64,000 nucleotides of DNA from Pseudomonadota bacterium (GCA_040756115.1 JBFLZP010000005.1:26885-90884), one strand, 5' to 3'. Positions 1-12,548 are shown, counted from the stretch's first letter. Notes: generated from the letters alone by a model not told the origin. Made by a program: numbers and translations.

Positions 1-1053
1 GCCGACATCCTGCCGGAAGACGCCGGCGGCAGCGAACTCGCGCCCGACGGCCGGGTGATGGAAATGCTCTCCGAGCACACCATCGAGGGCTGGCTGGAAG
101 GCTATCTCCTCACCGGACGCCACGGCTTCCTGTCGAGCTACGAGGCCTTCGTGCACGTGATCGATTCGATGTTCAACCAGCACGCCAAGTGGCTGGCGAT
201 GGCGAAGGCGGTGCCGTGGCGCGCGCCGGTCGCCTCGCTCAACCTGCTGATCACCTCGACGGTCTGGCGCCAGGACCACAACGGCTTCACCCACCAGGAT
301 CCGGGCTTCCTCGACGTGGTGGTGAACAAGAGCCCGGCGGTGACGCGCATCTACCTGCCGCCTGACGTCAACACGCTGCTCGCTACTGCCGCCAGGTGCC
401 TGGAGAGCACCGATCTCGTCAACGTCATCGTGTGCGACAAGCAGAACCACCTGCAGTACCTCGAGATGGACGCGGCGATCAGGCACTGCACCAAGGGCAT
501 CGGCATCTGGGACTGGGCGAGCAATGACGCCGGGACGGAGCCCGACGTGGTGATGGCCTGCGCCGGCGATATTCCGACCAAGGAGGCGCTGGCGGCGACC
601 GTGCTGCTGCGCGAGCATTTCCCGGATCTCAAGCTGCGCTTCATCAACGTGGTGGACCTGTACAGGCTGGTGCCGCCGAGCGAGCATCCGCACGGGCTGC
701 CCGATCGCGATTTCGATAGCCTGTTCACCGTGGACCGCCCGGTGATCTTCAATTTCCACGGCTACCCCTGGCTGATCCACCGCATGGCGTACCGGCGCAC
801 CAACCACGCCCATCTGCACGTGCGCGGCTACAAGGAGAAGGGCAGCATCAACACGCCGCTGGAACTGGCGATCGAGAACGAGATCGACCGCTTCAGCCTC
901 GCCATCGACGTGATCAACCGTGTGCCCTCGTTGCAGGTTGCCGGCGCCCATGTGAAGGAAAAACTGCGCGACCGGCAGATCGCCTGCCGCGAGTACGCGC
1001 ATGCGCACGGGGTCGACCTGCCGGAAGAGGATGCGTGGGTGTGGCCGTATTGA
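1..1053 (+). CDS. xfp: Phosphoketolase (xylulose-5-P/fructose-6-P), C-terminal ~350 aa; 5' end lies outside the window
   Basis: Frame 1 is open from nt 1. The translation (..[69 protein letters not shown]) matches the conserved C-terminal half of phosphoketolases. TGA at 1051-1053. Confidence 0.9.
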   Translation, partial: ADILPEDAGGSELAPDGRVMEMLSEHTIEGWLEGYLLTGRHGFLSSYEAFVHVIDSMFNQHAKWLAMAKAVPWRAPVASLNLLITSTVWRQDHNGFTHQDPGFLDVVVNKSPAVTRIYLPPDVNTLLATAARCLESTDLVNVIVCDKQNHLQYLEMDAAIRHCTKGIGIWDWASNDAGTEPDVVMACAGDIPTKEALAATVLLREHFPDLKLRFINVVDLYRLVPPSEHPHGLPDRDFDSLFTVDRPVIFNFHGYPWLIHRMAYRRTNHAHLHVRGYKEKGSINTPLELAIENEIDRFSLAIDVINRVPSLQVAGAHVKEKLRDRQIACREYAHAHGVDLPEEDAWVWPY

Positions 1054-1177
1054 ACCTATCGATGGGTAATCCAGATGTCTGAATTCTTCCATCGGCAACG
1101 CACCGGGGTTTCATCGTTTTTGATCCCAAACCCGGCGCGGCTTTCCGGCATGGTTCAGGTGGCGCGGGTTTTCGGTA

Positions 1178-1831
1178 TCAAGGCAGGCGGAGCCTGAAAA
1201 CCGCTCCGCCATCGTTGGCGAGATGCAGTTCGCCGAGGCGCCCGCGGTGCTCGTGCGCCTGCGCGATGAGCCGCGCGAACTGCAGGCCGAGGCCGGTCCC
1301 GCGTGCACGGCAGGGGGCGCCCGCCGCCACGCTGGCGAGTATGTGGCCGGGATAGCCCGCGGAGTCGTCGCGCACGGTCAATTCCAGCCAGCCGTGCCCC
1401 GCACCGGCCTCGATGCGCATGACCGAACGGGCGTAGACGAGGGAATTGTGGATCGCATTGATGAGCGCCATTTCAACCAGGTCGCGATCGAAAAACCAGA
1501 TCGGCGGCACGCTTTCGTCCACGGCGACATCGATACGGATTCGCCCGTGGGCTAGCGTCTCGGCACGCTGGCCCACCTCGGCAATCAGTTCGTGCGGTGA
1601 ATAGGCGTCGATGCGCGCCCGGAGATGCCCCTGCTTCGCCCGGTAGATCGTCAGTGCCTGCTGCAGGCGCTCGACGACGCCCTGGCACTGGAGACGCGCG
1701 ACGTCCACGGCGCTGTCGCAGGCGGCCCCCCCGGAAGGCGGGATCCTGTCGATCGTCATCGACAGCAGGCCGAGGTTGTTCTTGAGTTCGTGTATCAGGA
1801 CGGCGTAGAACGCGTTGTCATCGTCGATCAT
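1178..1831 (-). CDS. Soluble histidine kinase with DHp + HATPase core only (no TM or sensor domain)
   Basis: 217 aa from ATG 1831, in a 4-nt ATGA overlap with the upstream RR gene. H-box YAVLIHELKNNL, N-box LINAIHNSLVYA, G-boxes DDSAGYP and GTGLGLQFA. The longer ORF to 2050 runs inside the RR gene and was rejected. Confidence 0.75.
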   Translation of the reverse strand: MIDDDNAFYAVLIHELKNNLGLLSMTIDRIPPSGGAACDSAVDVARLQCQGVVERLQQALTIYRAKQGHLRARIDAYSPHELIAEVGQRAETLAHGRIRIDVAVDESVPPIWFFDRDLVEMALINAIHNSLVYARSVMRIEAGAGHGWLELTVRDDSAGYPGHILASVAAGAPCRARGTGLGLQFARLIAQAHEHRGRLGELHLANDGGAVFRLRLP

Positions 1832-3492
1832 GCGCTGGCCCGCTTGATGCCGAAGCGGCCCTCCACTTCCATCAGGTGCAGGCGCAAGCCGGCCAGGCGC
1901 GGGTGCGCCGGAGCGCGCCGCTCGGCTTCGGCAAGGTGATAACGGGCGGTCTGGATCATTTGCTCGTCCATGCCGTCCTGGTCGAGATATTTCAGTATCA
2001 CCCACACGGCGTTCATGCTGACGCGCGGGTTGAAGGGCGCGGATTCGCACGCCGCAAGCAGCTTTTCGGTGGCGCCGCGGAAATCGCCCTTCTGCGCCAG
2101 CACGACGCCTTCATTGTTGAGCTTGCGCACGTCGGCCGTGGCCGACGCCAGCACGTTCCTGCCTGCCGCCTCGCGCCCGGCTTCGGCGTAGATCCTGCGC
2201 GCCTTCTCGAGCAGGGCCTCGCTGTCGTGCGCATTGCGCGCGACATCCGCGACGACCGCATCGGCCTCGTCCGCGCGTCCGTTCGCCATGCAGGCGCTGG
2301 CAAGATCGAGCAGGAGGTGGGGGGCGCCCTGCGCCCCGGCGGCGCGCAGGTCCGCCGCGATGTCGAGCGCCCTGGCCGCGTCGTCCGCCTTGCCCTCCCG
2401 CGTGTAAAGCCGGCTTTGCGTGACGGCCATGACCAGCCGTCCGTCCGGGTTGGATTCGAGCGTCCGCCGGTTCTGGCGAAGGGTGTCTGCCACCGCCTTG
2501 AGGTCGCCCTGTTCGAGCTGGACACGGCACAGGTTGCCGTAGTCGGCAGGGCCAATGAAGATCGAGTGCCGTCCCTTCTCGACCGCTTCGCTGAAGGCCG
2601 TGCGCGCGGCGTCGAGGTCGCCGTTGTCCATCGCCACCTCACCCAGCCGCTGCTGCCGCCGCACGGTCCGCGCCGAGACCGCGACCCCATGCTGCAGCGC
2701 CTCCTGCGCCGACTGGCTGTCCTTTCTGGCCAGGCATACGTCGGCGAGCAGGTCGTAGGCGGCGACCATTTCCGGCGCGTGTTCGAGCACGTCGCGCAGC
2801 TCCGCCTCCGCCGCATCGTCGTCGTGCTTGAGGTGGAGCGCACGGGCAAGGCCCAGCCTGGCCCAGGGAATCGCGCGCATGGCGATCACCTGCTGGTAGA
2901 GTTTTTCCGCCTCGTCGAAGCGCCCCAGCGCGATCAACAGCTCGCCCTTGAAGCGCAGCGCGTCCACGGCGTAACGCGGCTGCTCGCGCAGCAGCCGGTC
3001 GCACGCGGCGATCGCCGCTTCCACCTGCTGTGCCTGGTAGTGCCGGTAGGCCTCGGCGAACGCCCGCTTGCGCTGCAGGATCGCGACCAGCCGCCCGCAC
3101 AGCGTCTCGGCGCTGAACGGCTTGATCAGGTAATCGTCGGGCGCGAGTTCCGCGGTTGCGACCACTTTTTCGTAGAAGGATTCCGCGGTGACCATGATGA
3201 ATACGGTTTCCAGCGGAATCAGCCGGCTGTGGCGCAATTCCTCGAGCAGCTGCTGGCCGTCGCGGCCCTCGCCGAGGTTGAAGTCGCACAGGATGAAGTC
3301 GTAGGCCTTGTTGCGGATCTGGAAGATGGCTTCGGAGGCGCTGGCTGCCAGCTGGACCTTGGTGATGCCGAAGTTCGAGAGCGTGAGCCGCAGCGCGTTT
3401 CGCATGCCGGGATAGTCGTCGACGACGAGCGCACGCAGCGCACCGAAGTCGATGCGCGTCTCGCTGGCTGCGGTGGCGTTCTGGTTCATCAT
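1828..3492 (-). CDS. Response regulator: N-terminal receiver domain fused to a ~400-aa TPR-like helical-repeat domain
   Basis: Start taken at ATGATG 3492 (MMNQNATAAS), with AGGA just upstream. REC motifs LVVDDYPGMR, DFILCDFNLG, FIMVTAE and DYLIKPF, followed by repeated A/L/R-rich TPR-like helices. The N-terminal 78 aa of the listed ORF is P/R/S-rich and looks non-coding. Confidence 0.8.
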   Translation of the reverse strand: MMNQNATAASETRIDFGALRALVVDDYPGMRNALRLTLSNFGITKVQLAASASEAIFQIRNKAYDFILCDFNLGEGRDGQQLLEELRHSRLIPLETVFIMVTAESFYEKVVATAELAPDDYLIKPFSAETLCGRLVAILQRKRAFAEAYRHYQAQQVEAAIAACDRLLREQPRYAVDALRFKGELLIALGRFDEAEKLYQQVIAMRAIPWARLGLARALHLKHDDDAAEAELRDVLEHAPEMVAAYDLLADVCLARKDSQSAQEALQHGVAVSARTVRRQQRLGEVAMDNGDLDAARTAFSEAVEKGRHSIFIGPADYGNLCRVQLEQGDLKAVADTLRQNRRTLESNPDGRLVMAVTQSRLYTREGKADDAARALDIAADLRAAGAQGAPHLLLDLASACMANGRADEADAVVADVARNAHDSEALLEKARRIYAEAGREAAGRNVLASATADVRKLNNEGVVLAQKGDFRGATEKLLAACESAPFNPRVSMNAVWVILKYLDQDGMDEQMIQTARYHLAEAERRAPAHPRLAGLRLHLMEVEGRFGIKRASA

Positions 3493-3574
3493 CGTTCCTG
3501 CCGGGCGGGCAGGCCAAGCCCTGTTCGCCCCGTTTCCCGGAAGTAACGGCAGGAAACGCCCGAACTGAACGGTA

Positions 3575-4378
3575 TCAGGCGGTTTTGAGGCCCATGACCT
3601 CGTCGAGGGGGCTGCCCGGATACTGGAACGCGACCGGACCGTCGGGTTCGGCGTGCACGAACTGATGGACGAAGGGATCGGCGGAATCGGCCATCTCGGC
3701 CGCCGGCCCCGCGGCAACCACGACACCGTCGTGGAGGAAGCAGGCGTAGTCGGCGATCTTCAGCGACTCCGACACGTCGTAGGTGACGACCACCGAGGTC
3801 AGGCCCAGGGCGTCGTTGAGGCGCCGGATGAGGTTCGCGATGGTGTTGAGCGAGATCGGATCGAGTCCGGCGAAAGGCTCGTCGTACATGATCAGCGCGG
3901 GGTCGAGCGCGATCGCGCGGGCCAGCGCGACGCGCCGTTCCATGCCGCCGGAGAGTTCGCCGGTGGCGAGGTCGCGCGCGCCGCGCAGGCCGACGGCGTG
4001 CAGCTTCATCAGCACGAGGTCGCGGATGACGTCTTCCGGCAGGTCGGTATGCTCGCGCAGGGGGTAGGCGATGTTGTCGAACACCGAGAGATCGCTGAAC
4101 AGGCCGCTGACCTGGAACATCATGCCCATCTTGCGCCGCAGGGCGTAGAGGTCGTCGATGTCGAGATCATGCACCACCTGGCCGTCGAAGCGGACCTGGC
4201 CGCGGGCCGGGCGCAACTGGCCGCCGACATGGCGCAGCAGCGTGGACTTGCCGCAGCCGCTGACCCCGAGGATGGCGACGACCTTGCCGCGCGGAATCGT
4301 GAGATTGACGCCCTTGAGCACCGGCTTGCTCCCATAGGCGAAATGCAGGTCGCGGATCTCGACCAGGACATCGTTCAT
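3575..4378 (-). CDS. mlaF: MlaF-type ABC transporter ATP-binding protein, with no adjacent permease
   Basis: Walker A GVSGCGKST, signature LSGGMERRVALARA, Walker B LIMYDEPFAGLD. The C-terminal tail FVHQFVHAEPDGPVAFQYPG resembles the MlaF-specific tail. ATG 4378 lies 1 nt after the sucB stop. Confidence 0.8.
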   Translation of the reverse strand: MNDVLVEIRDLHFAYGSKPVLKGVNLTIPRGKVVAILGVSGCGKSTLLRHVGGQLRPARGQVRFDGQVVHDLDIDDLYALRRKMGMMFQVSGLFSDLSVFDNIAYPLREHTDLPEDVIRDLVLMKLHAVGLRGARDLATGELSGGMERRVALARAIALDPALIMYDEPFAGLDPISLNTIANLIRRLNDALGLTSVVVTYDVSESLKIADYACFLHDGVVVAAGPAAEMADSADPFVHQFVHAEPDGPVAFQYPGSPLDEVMGLKTA

Positions 4379-4379
4379 T

Positions 4380-5516
4380 TCAGATTTCCCCCAGCAGCGC
4401 GGCGGGCGCTTCCAGCGCAGACTTCACCGCAACCAGGAACTGCACCGCGTCGCGGCCGTCGATCAGGCGGTGATCGTAGGTGAGCGCGAGATACATCATC
4501 GGCCGGATCACGACCTGGCCATGCTCGGCGACCGGGCGCTCCTGGATCGCGTGCATGCCGAGGATCGCCGATTGCGGCGGATTGAGAATGGGCGTCGAGA
4601 GCAGCGAGCCGAACACGCCGCCGTTGGTGATCGAGAAGGTGCCGCCGGCGAGCTCGTCGAGCGTGAGCTTGTTGTCACGCGCGCGCCGGGCGAAATCGGC
4701 GATGGCGCGCTCGATGCCGGCGGCGTTAAGCGTCTGCGCACGGCGCAGGATCGGCACCACCAGCCCGCGCGGGGTGGAAATCGCAATGCCGATGTCGGCG
4801 TCGGCGTGCCAGACGATATCGGTGCCGTCGATCGCGGCGTTGACGATGGGGAAGGCCTCGAGCGCCTGGCAGACGGCGCGCACGAAGAACGACATGTAGC
4901 CGAGCTTGACGCCGTGCTTGACCTCGAACTCGGCCTTGAACCGCTGGCGCAGCTCGTTCACCGGCTGCATGTTCACCTCGTTGAAGGTGGTGAGCAGCGC
5001 CGCGGTGTGCTGCGCCGCGACGAGGCGCTCGGCGATGCGCCGGCGCAGGCGCGACATCGGTTCGCGCCTGGCCGCTGCGGGCGGGTGAAGGACGGCGTCC
5101 CCCCCCACACCCGCGGGCGCGAGGGGGGCGGGATGCGGGCGCGCCTCCGCCACGACGGCGCGGGCGGGCGCGGCAGGCGGCGGCACGACCGGTTCGGGCG
5201 CGGGCGCGGCGACTGCCGGTGCCGCCCCGGGCGCCGGCTTTTCCGCCTGCGCGGCCGGGACGGGCGCGGTTGCGCCCTCGCCCGTCTCGATCAGCGCGAT
5301 CAGCTCGCCGGCCTGCACCGCCGCGCCTTCGGGCTTCACGATCTCGACCAGCGTGCCGGACGCCGGCGCGGGAATTTCCAGGATGACTTTGTCCGTCTCG
5401 ATGTCGACCAGCGTCTCGTCGCGCGCGACCCGCTCGCCCACCCGCTTGCGCCACGGCAGCAGGGTGCCGCTGGCGACGGAATCCGACAGCGTGGGCGTGC
5501 GCACTTCAAGCTTCAT
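4380..5516 (-). CDS. sucB: 2-oxoglutarate dehydrogenase E2, dihydrolipoyllysine succinyltransferase
   Basis: Single lipoyl domain ([15 protein letters not shown]), an Ala/Pro linker and a catalytic domain with [14 protein letters not shown]. Start chosen at MKLEVRTP (ATG 5516), overlapping the sucA stop by 11 nt. Confidence 0.92.
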   Translation of the reverse strand: MKLEVRTPTLSDSVASGTLLPWRKRVGERVARDETLVDIETDKVILEIPAPASGTLVEIVKPEGAAVQAGELIALIETGEGATAPVPAAQAEKPAPGAAPAVAAPAPEPVVPPPAAPARAVVAEARPHPAPLAPAGVGGDAVLHPPAAARREPMSRLRRRIAERLVAAQHTAALLTTFNEVNMQPVNELRQRFKAEFEVKHGVKLGYMSFFVRAVCQALEAFPIVNAAIDGTDIVWHADADIGIAISTPRGLVVPILRRAQTLNAAGIERAIADFARRARDNKLTLDELAGGTFSITNGGVFGSLLSTPILNPPQSAILGMHAIQERPVAEHGQVVIRPMMYLALTYDHRLIDGRDAVQFLVAVKSALEAPAALLGEI

Positions 5517-8202
5517 ACGGGGTCTCCAGGGCATCCCTGAGCAGGGCTTCGAGCTCGGCGCGGTGGCGCGAGGCGTAGCCCGAGGCCGGCGCCGCCGCCG
5601 GCGGCCGGCCGGCGTAGTGGAAACGCCGGCCGGCCGGCGCGCAATGATTGAGATGGTGCAGGGTCTGGAACCAGGCGCCCTGGTTCATCGGTTCTTCCTG
5701 CGCCCAGACGAAGGTGGTCGCCCTGGGATAGGCGCTGAGCACTTCGCGGAAGGCCGCCTCGGGAAAGGGATAGAGCTGTTCGACACGGACCAGCGCGACA
5801 TCGGCGAGGCCACGTGCCTGGCGGGTGGCATCGAGATCGAACCACACGCGCCCGCTGCACGCGATCACGCGCGTCGCTTCCCGCGGCGCCTGCGGGTCGT
5901 CAATCACCGGCAGGAAGGCGCCGCTCGACAGGTCGGTCAGCGACGATGTCGACAGCGGCAGCCGCAGCAGGCTCTTCGGGCTCATGATGATGAGCGGTTT
6001 CCTGACCGGGCGCACGATCTGCCGGCGCAGCAGGTGGAACATCTGCGCCGGCAGCGTCGGCACGCAGACCTGGATGTTCTCCTGCGCGCAAAGCTGCAGG
6101 AAACGCTCGAGGCGCGCCGAGGAGTGCTCCGGCCCCTGCCCTTCGAGGCCGTGCGGGAGCATCATCACCAGGCCGCACAGGCGCCCCCACTTGGCCTCGC
6201 CGCTGGTGATGAACTGGTCGATCACCACCTGCGCGCCGTTGGCGAAGTCGCCGAACTGGGCTTCCCAGATGACGAGCGTATCGGGATCGGCGGTGGCATA
6301 GCCGTACTCGAAAGCGAGCACGGCCTCTTCCGACAGCAGCGAATCGATGACGGTGAAGTTGCCCTGCCGCGCATGGATGTGCTCGAGCGGAATGTAGACG
6401 CCGCTCTGGCGGCGCTCGCGCTTCTGGTCATGCCACACCGCGTGGCGATGGAAGAAGGTGCCGCGCGCCGAGTCCTGTCCGGACAGGCGCACGTTGTGGC
6501 CGGCATCGAGCAGGCTGGCGTAGGCGAGTGTTTCGGCGTAGCCCCAGTCGACCGGCAGTTCGCCGGCACGCATCCGGCGGCGGTCGTCGAGCACCTTCTG
6601 CACGCGCGGGTGCAGCTCGATGTCATGCTGCAGCGTGGTGACGCGCTCGCCGAGGAAATCGAGCCGCGCGGCAGTCACCGCGGTGGGCACCTCGGGCGAA
6701 TGGTTGCCGCGGAAGCGGCTCCAGTCGACGCTATAGCTTTCCTTGAAGTCGGACAGCGCGGGCGCGGAGAGAGATTCGCCGCGTTCGAGGCGTTCGCGGC
6801 ATTGCTCGACGAGCTGTGCCGCCTGCTCGGCTGTCAGCACCGATTCGTCGACCAGGCGGCGCGCATACAGCTCGCGCGTCGTCGGATGCGCCAGGATCGC
6901 GCGGTACATCAACGGCTGGGTCGCCAGCGGCTCGTCCTGCTCGTTGTGGCCATGGCGCCGGTAGCATACCAGGTCGATGAAGCAGTTCTTGTGGAAGGTG
7001 TAGCGGTAATCCACCGCGGTCTGCACGGCGAAGGCGACTGCTTCGGGGTCGTCGCCGTTGACGTGCAGTACCGGCGCCTCGACCATCTTGGCGACGTCGG
7101 TGCAGTAGAGCGTCGAGCGGATGTCGCGCGGATCGGACGTGGTGAAGCCGATCTGGTTGTTGATGACGATGTGGATCGCGCCGTTGTTGCGGAAGCCGCG
7201 CGTCTGCGACATGTTGAGGCTTTCCATCACCACGCCCTGCCCCGACAGCGCGGCGTCGCCGTGCAGGATCACCGGCACGACCTCGTAGCCGAGCACGTCG
7301 CCGCGCCGGTCCTGGCGCGCGCGCACCGAGCCGCGCACGACCGGATGCACGATTTCCAGGTGCGAGGGGTTGAACGCGAGCGCCAGGTGCACCGGCCCGT
7401 AGTCGGTCGCGATATCGGTGGAGAAGCCCTGGTGGTATTTCACGTCGCCCGACAGCGGCGAGTCCGGGTCGCCGTTTTCCGGCTCGGCGTAGAGGCTGTC
7501 GACCGTGCGCCCCATGATGTTGACGAGCACGTTGATGCGCCCGCGGTGCGCCATGCCCATCACGATTTCCTTGGCGCCGTGGCGCGCGCAGCGCGCGATC
7601 ACCTGGTCGAGCATGGGGATCAGGGCCTCGCCGCCCTCGAGCGAGAAACGCTTCTGGCCCACGTGCCGGGTGTGCAGGAAGCGCTCCAGCGTCTCGGCGT
7701 CGGTCAGCCGCTTGAGGATTTGTTTCTTCTGCGAAACCGACACGCCGAAACGTCCCTGCGCGGATTCGATGCGTTCCTGCAGCCAGCGTTTGCGGGCGAC
7801 GTCGGTGATGTGCATGTACTCGGCGCCGACACGTCCGCAGTAGGCGGCGCGCAGCCGGCGCAGGATCTCGCGCAGGGTCGCGCGCTCGACGCCGAACAGC
7901 GAACCGGTCTCGAATTCACGGTCGAGGTCGGCTTCGGTGAGGCCATAGTGCCCGGGATCCAGCTCTGGCGTCGGCGGCGGTTCGAAGCGGCGCAGCGGGT
8001 CGAGGTCGGCCTTGCGCACGCCGAGATAGCGGTAGGCATTGATGAGCTGCAGTACGCCGACCTGGGCGGCATCGGAGGCGCAAGCCACGCCAGGCAGGGG
8101 ATGTTCGAGCCAGGGCGCCAGCGTCGCGTCGTCGAACGCCTCGAGGTACGCGGCGTTGCCCGCGTACAGCGGGGTCGTCTGCGACCAGTCGGAAGCGCTC
8201 AT
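5506..8202 (-). CDS. sucA: 2-oxoglutarate dehydrogenase E1 component
   Basis: 898 aa, with motifs [37 protein letters not shown] and [26 protein letters not shown] at 8202. Confidence 0.95.
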   Translation of the reverse strand: MSASDWSQTTPLYAGNAAYLEAFDDATLAPWLEHPLPGVACASDAAQVGVLQLINAYRYLGVRKADLDPLRRFEPPPTPELDPGHYGLTEADLDREFETGSLFGVERATLREILRRLRAAYCGRVGAEYMHITDVARKRWLQERIESAQGRFGVSVSQKKQILKRLTDAETLERFLHTRHVGQKRFSLEGGEALIPMLDQVIARCARHGAKEIVMGMAHRGRINVLVNIMGRTVDSLYAEPENGDPDSPLSGDVKYHQGFSTDIATDYGPVHLALAFNPSHLEIVHPVVRGSVRARQDRRGDVLGYEVVPVILHGDAALSGQGVVMESLNMSQTRGFRNNGAIHIVINNQIGFTTSDPRDIRSTLYCTDVAKMVEAPVLHVNGDDPEAVAFAVQTAVDYRYTFHKNCFIDLVCYRRHGHNEQDEPLATQPLMYRAILAHPTTRELYARRLVDESVLTAEQAAQLVEQCRERLERGESLSAPALSDFKESYSVDWSRFRGNHSPEVPTAVTAARLDFLGERVTTLQHDIELHPRVQKVLDDRRRMRAGELPVDWGYAETLAYASLLDAGHNVRLSGQDSARGTFFHRHAVWHDQKRERRQSGVYIPLEHIHARQGNFTVIDSLLSEEAVLAFEYGYATADPDTLVIWEAQFGDFANGAQVVIDQFITSGEAKWGRLCGLVMMLPHGLEGQGPEHSSARLERFLQLCAQENIQVCVPTLPAQMFHLLRRQIVRPVRKPLIIMSPKSLLRLPLSTSSLTDLSSGAFLPVIDDPQAPREATRVIACSGRVWFDLDATRQARGLADVALVRVEQLYPFPEAAFREVLSAYPRATTFVWAQEEPMNQGAWFQTLHHLNHCAPAGRRFHYAGRPPAAAPASGYASRHRAELEALLRDALETPYEA

Positions 8203-8230
8203 CGGGATGTCTCCGCCAGGCGCACGGCGA

Positions 8231-9522
<1,292 letters not shown>

Positions 9523-9526
<4 letters not shown>

Positions 9527-9765
9527 CCTACTGTGTCTCGAAAATTGTTCAGGCGTTCGACGAGCGCCGCCAGGGTGGCATCGCCGGCGGGCACGCGGCC
9601 TTCGATCCGGTCGACGATCTCCATGTCCGGCAGGGCCAGCAGCCTTTCCAGCGCGGCCCGCTCGTCAGGCTCAAGTGTAGCGCGGTGCGCGGCCCAAAAG
9701 CCACTCAGGAGCAGGTCGAGCTCGAGCAGGCCGCGCCGGCAGCGCCAGGCAATCGGATCAGACAC
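9523..9765 (-). CDS. sdhE: Succinate dehydrogenase assembly factor 2 (SdhE/YgfY family)
   Basis: 80 aa containing [15 protein letters not shown] (the RGxxE motif region). Sits between sdhB and gltA. The start codon reads as GTG at 9765 and overlaps sdhB by 8 nt. Confidence 0.8.
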
Positions 9766-10453
9766 GGCGCCTGACCAGCAGCGCCTTGATGTGCCCGATC
9801 GCCGCTGTCGGGTTCAGGCCCTTGGGGCACGCATCGACGCAGTTCATGATGCCGCGGCAGCGGTACAGCCGGTAAGGGTCTTCCAGGTTGTCGAGTCGCG
9901 CCGCAGTCGCCTCGTCGCGCGAATCGGCGATGAAACGCCACGCCTGCAGGAGTCCCGCCGGGCCGACGAAGGTTTCCGGATTCCACCAGAACGACGGACA
10001 GGCGGTGGTGCAACAGGCGCACAGGATGCATTCGTAGGCGCCGTCGAGCCGGTCGCGATCCTCGGGCAATTGCAGGCGTTCGACTTCAGGCTCGGGCGTG
10101 TCGTTGATCAGCCAGGGCTTGACCGAACGGTACTGTTGGTAGAACGGCGCCATGTCCACGACCAGGTCGCGGATCACCGGCAGGCCCGGCAGCGGACGCA
10201 CCTCGACCGGCTCTTTCAGCTCGGTCAGCGGCGTGATGCAGGCCAGCCGGTTCCTGCCGTTGACGTTCACCGCGTCCGAGCCGCACACGCCCTCGCGGCA
10301 GGAGCGCCGCATCGAGAGCGTTTCGTCCTGCGCCTTGATCGCGATCAGCGCGTCGAGCAGCATCCTGCCGGCAGGCTCGATGTCGAGCTCGACGTCCTGC
10401 ATGAAGGGTTGCTCGCCGGTTTCGGGGCTGTAGCGGTAGAGGCGGAATTTCAT
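9758..10453 (-). CDS. sdhB: Succinate dehydrogenase iron-sulfur subunit
   Basis: Cys clusters SCREGVCGSDAVNVNG, CILCACCTTACPSFWW and CRGIMNCVDACPKG. ATG at 10453 (MKFRLYRY) shares 1 nt with the sdhA stop. The listed start at 10456 is a TTG. Confidence 0.95.
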   Translation of the reverse strand: MKFRLYRYSPETGEQPFMQDVELDIEPAGRMLLDALIAIKAQDETLSMRRSCREGVCGSDAVNVNGRNRLACITPLTELKEPVEVRPLPGLPVIRDLVVDMAPFYQQYRSVKPWLINDTPEPEVERLQLPEDRDRLDGAYECILCACCTTACPSFWWNPETFVGPAGLLQAWRFIADSRDEATAARLDNLEDPYRLYRCRGIMNCVDACPKGLNPTAAIGHIKALLVRRRV

Positions 10454-12207
10454 CAATACACCCGCGCCTTCGGCTTCACCGACTCCACCGTCAGCGGCTT
10501 CAGCCGCACCGGCTTGGTATCGACCTGGTCGCCCGCGCGCGAATACAGCGTGTGCTTGAGCCAGTTCTCGTCGTCGCGCTCGGGAAAATCCTCGCGCGTG
10601 TGCGCGCCGCGGCTTTCGGTGCGATGGATCGCCGACACCAGCGTGGCGCGCGCCACGCCGATCAGGTTTTCGAGTTCCAGCGCCTCGATGCGCGCCGTGT
10701 TGAAGACGCGGCTGGTGTCGGCAAGGCCCGCGCGCGCAAGACGCGCTTCGAGTTCATCGAGCTGTTGCAGGCCTTCGCGCAGCACGGCTTCGGTGCGGAA
10801 GACGCCGCAATGCCGTTGCATGGTGCGGCGCAGATCGTCGGCAATGGCGGCAACGCGTTCGTCACCGGGCCGTTCCCAGCGTGCGAGCCGCGCAAGACTG
10901 GCTTCGGCAGCCGCTTCGGGCAGCGGGCGCGGATAGGGATTGTCGCGAAGATATTCCAGCATGTGCCTGCTCGCAGCGCGGCCGAATACGACAAGATCAA
11001 GCAGCGAGTTGCCGCCGAGACGGTTGGCGCCGTGCACCGACACGCAGGCGCATTCGCCGGCGGCATAGAGACCCGGCACCGGCTCCTCGGGGCCGGTATG
11101 GGCCGGCACGACGACCTGGCCGGAGAGGTTGGTGGGGATGCCCCCCATCATGTAATGCGCGGTGGGCGCGACCGGTATCGGCGCGCGCGCCGGGTCGACC
11201 CCGGCAAAGCGGATCGCGAGGTCGCGGATGCCGGGCAGCTTGGCGGCGATCGCCGCCTCGCCCAGATGATCGAGCTTGAGGTCGACGTAATCGCCACGCG
11301 GCCCGCAGCCGCGGCCCTCGGCGATCTCGATCGCGATGGCGCGCGCGACCACGTCGCGCCCGGCGAGATCCTTTGCATGCGGCGCGTAGCGTTCCATGAA
11401 ACGCTCGCCGTGCCTGTTCACCAGATAGCCGCCCTCGCCCCGCGCGCCCTCGGTGATGAGGCAGCCGACACCGGCAATCCCGGTCGGATGGAACTGCCAG
11501 AATTCCATGTCCTCGAGCGGCAGGCCGGCGCGCAGCGCCATGCCGAGGCCGTCGCCGGTGTTGATCATGGCGTTGCTGCTGTTGCCGAACACGCGCCCCG
11601 CCCCGCCGGTGGCGAGCAGCGTCACGCGCGCCTCGATCAGGACAGGCTCGCCGGTTTCGATGCACAGCGCGGTGACGCCGAGGCAATAGCCCTCGTCGTC
11701 GCGCACCAGGTCGAGCGCGAAATATTCGTCGAAGAACTGCGTGCGATGCTTGATGTTCTGCTGGTAGAGCGTGTGCAAGAGCGCGTGGCCGGTGCGGTCG
11801 GCGGCGGCACAGGTGCGCGTGGCCTGCTCGCCGCCGAAATGCTTCGACTGCCCGCCGAACGGCCGCTGATAGATCCTGCCGTTGGCGAGCCGCGAGAAAG
11901 GCAGTCCCATGTGTTCGAGTTCGTAGACCGCGCTGGCGGCCTCGCGGCACATGAACTCGATCGCGTCCTGGTCGCCGAGCCAGTCGCCGCCCTTGACCGT
12001 GTCGTACATGTGCCATTCCCAGCGGTCGTCGTCGACGTTGGCGAGCGCGGCGGTGATGCCACCCTGCGCCGACACCGTGTGCGAGCGCGTCGGGAAGACC
12101 TTGGACACCACCGCGACCTTGTGGTCCGAGCGCGCCAACTGGAGCGCCGCGCGCAGGCCCGCGCCGCCGCCGCCGACAATCAGCGCATCGACGCGGCGCG
12201 TGTTCAT
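10453..12207 (-). CDS. sdhA: Succinate dehydrogenase flavoprotein subunit
   Basis: [18 protein letters not shown]-histidine region [15 protein letters not shown] and RGEGG. ATG 12207 (MNTRR) forms an ATGA overlap with the sdhD stop. The alternative GTG at 12219 is less likely. Confidence 0.95.
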   Translation of the reverse strand: MNTRRVDALIVGGGGAGLRAALQLARSDHKVAVVSKVFPTRSHTVSAQGGITAALANVDDDRWEWHMYDTVKGGDWLGDQDAIEFMCREAASAVYELEHMGLPFSRLANGRIYQRPFGGQSKHFGGEQATRTCAAADRTGHALLHTLYQQNIKHRTQFFDEYFALDLVRDDEGYCLGVTALCIETGEPVLIEARVTLLATGGAGRVFGNSSNAMINTGDGLGMALRAGLPLEDMEFWQFHPTGIAGVGCLITEGARGEGGYLVNRHGERFMERYAPHAKDLAGRDVVARAIAIEIAEGRGCGPRGDYVDLKLDHLGEAAIAAKLPGIRDLAIRFAGVDPARAPIPVAPTAHYMMGGIPTNLSGQVVVPAHTGPEEPVPGLYAAGECACVSVHGANRLGGNSLLDLVVFGRAASRHMLEYLRDNPYPRPLPEAAAEASLARLARWERPGDERVAAIADDLRRTMQRHCGVFRTEAVLREGLQQLDELEARLARAGLADTSRVFNTARIEALELENLIGVARATLVSAIHRTESRGAHTREDFPERDDENWLKHTLYSRAGDQVDTKPVRLKPLTVESVKPKARVY

Positions 12208-12548
12208 GCCGGCCTCCACAGGACGGCGGCCAACCAGACGACGCTGCCGGCGAGGACGACGATCACTGCCAGCAGCAGCGCGAGACGCACCCCGGTGGGC
12301 CGCACGTAATCCATGAGAATATCGCGCATGCCGACCCAGGCGTGCAGCGCAAGCGCGACGGCGGCGAGCAGCAGCAGCACGCGCACCCCTTGCGGCGCGA
12401 ACAGCGCCTGCCAGCCCGCGAAATCGACCGGCAGCGCCGCCAGAACGTAAACCGCCAGCCCTGGCAGGGCGAGCGCGAGCAGCACCGCCGTGGCGCGCTG
12501 CAGCAGCCAGCTGCCGGTGCCGCTGTGCGCACCCGTGATTGCTTTCAA
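12204..12548 (-). CDS. sdhD: Succinate dehydrogenase hydrophobic membrane anchor subunit
   Basis: 114 aa, (M)[23 protein letters not shown].., three TM helices. The only start-like codon near the homologous N-terminus is TTG 12548, overlapping the sdhC stop (TTGA). The 198-aa listed ORF runs through sdhC and was rejected. Confidence 0.8.
   Translation of the reverse strand: MKAITGAHSGTGSWLLQRATAVLLALALPGLAVYVLAALPVDFAGWQALFAPQGVRVLLLLAAVALALHAWVGMRDILMDYVRPTGVRLALLLAVIVVLAGSVVWLAAVLWRPA

Noticed and set aside
1128-1171. A possible bidirectional terminator between xfp and the histidine kinase gene
   Set aside because: Only a 7-bp AAACCCG/CGGGTTT stem with a ~30-nt loop could be drawn, which is too weak to report as a terminator.
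3493-3574. Hairpins (CGTTTCC/GGAAACG and CCTGCC/GGCAGG) between mlaF and the response-regulator gene, as a terminator or riboregulator
   Set aside because: The stems are short, no U-tract is present, and such GC-rich inverted repeats are easy to find by chance. The second hairpin overlaps the RR SD, but the evidence is too thin.
4380-8202. A claim that the organism lacks lpdA
   Set aside because: Absence from this window says nothing about the rest of the genome. Only the unusual local replacement by mlaF is reported.
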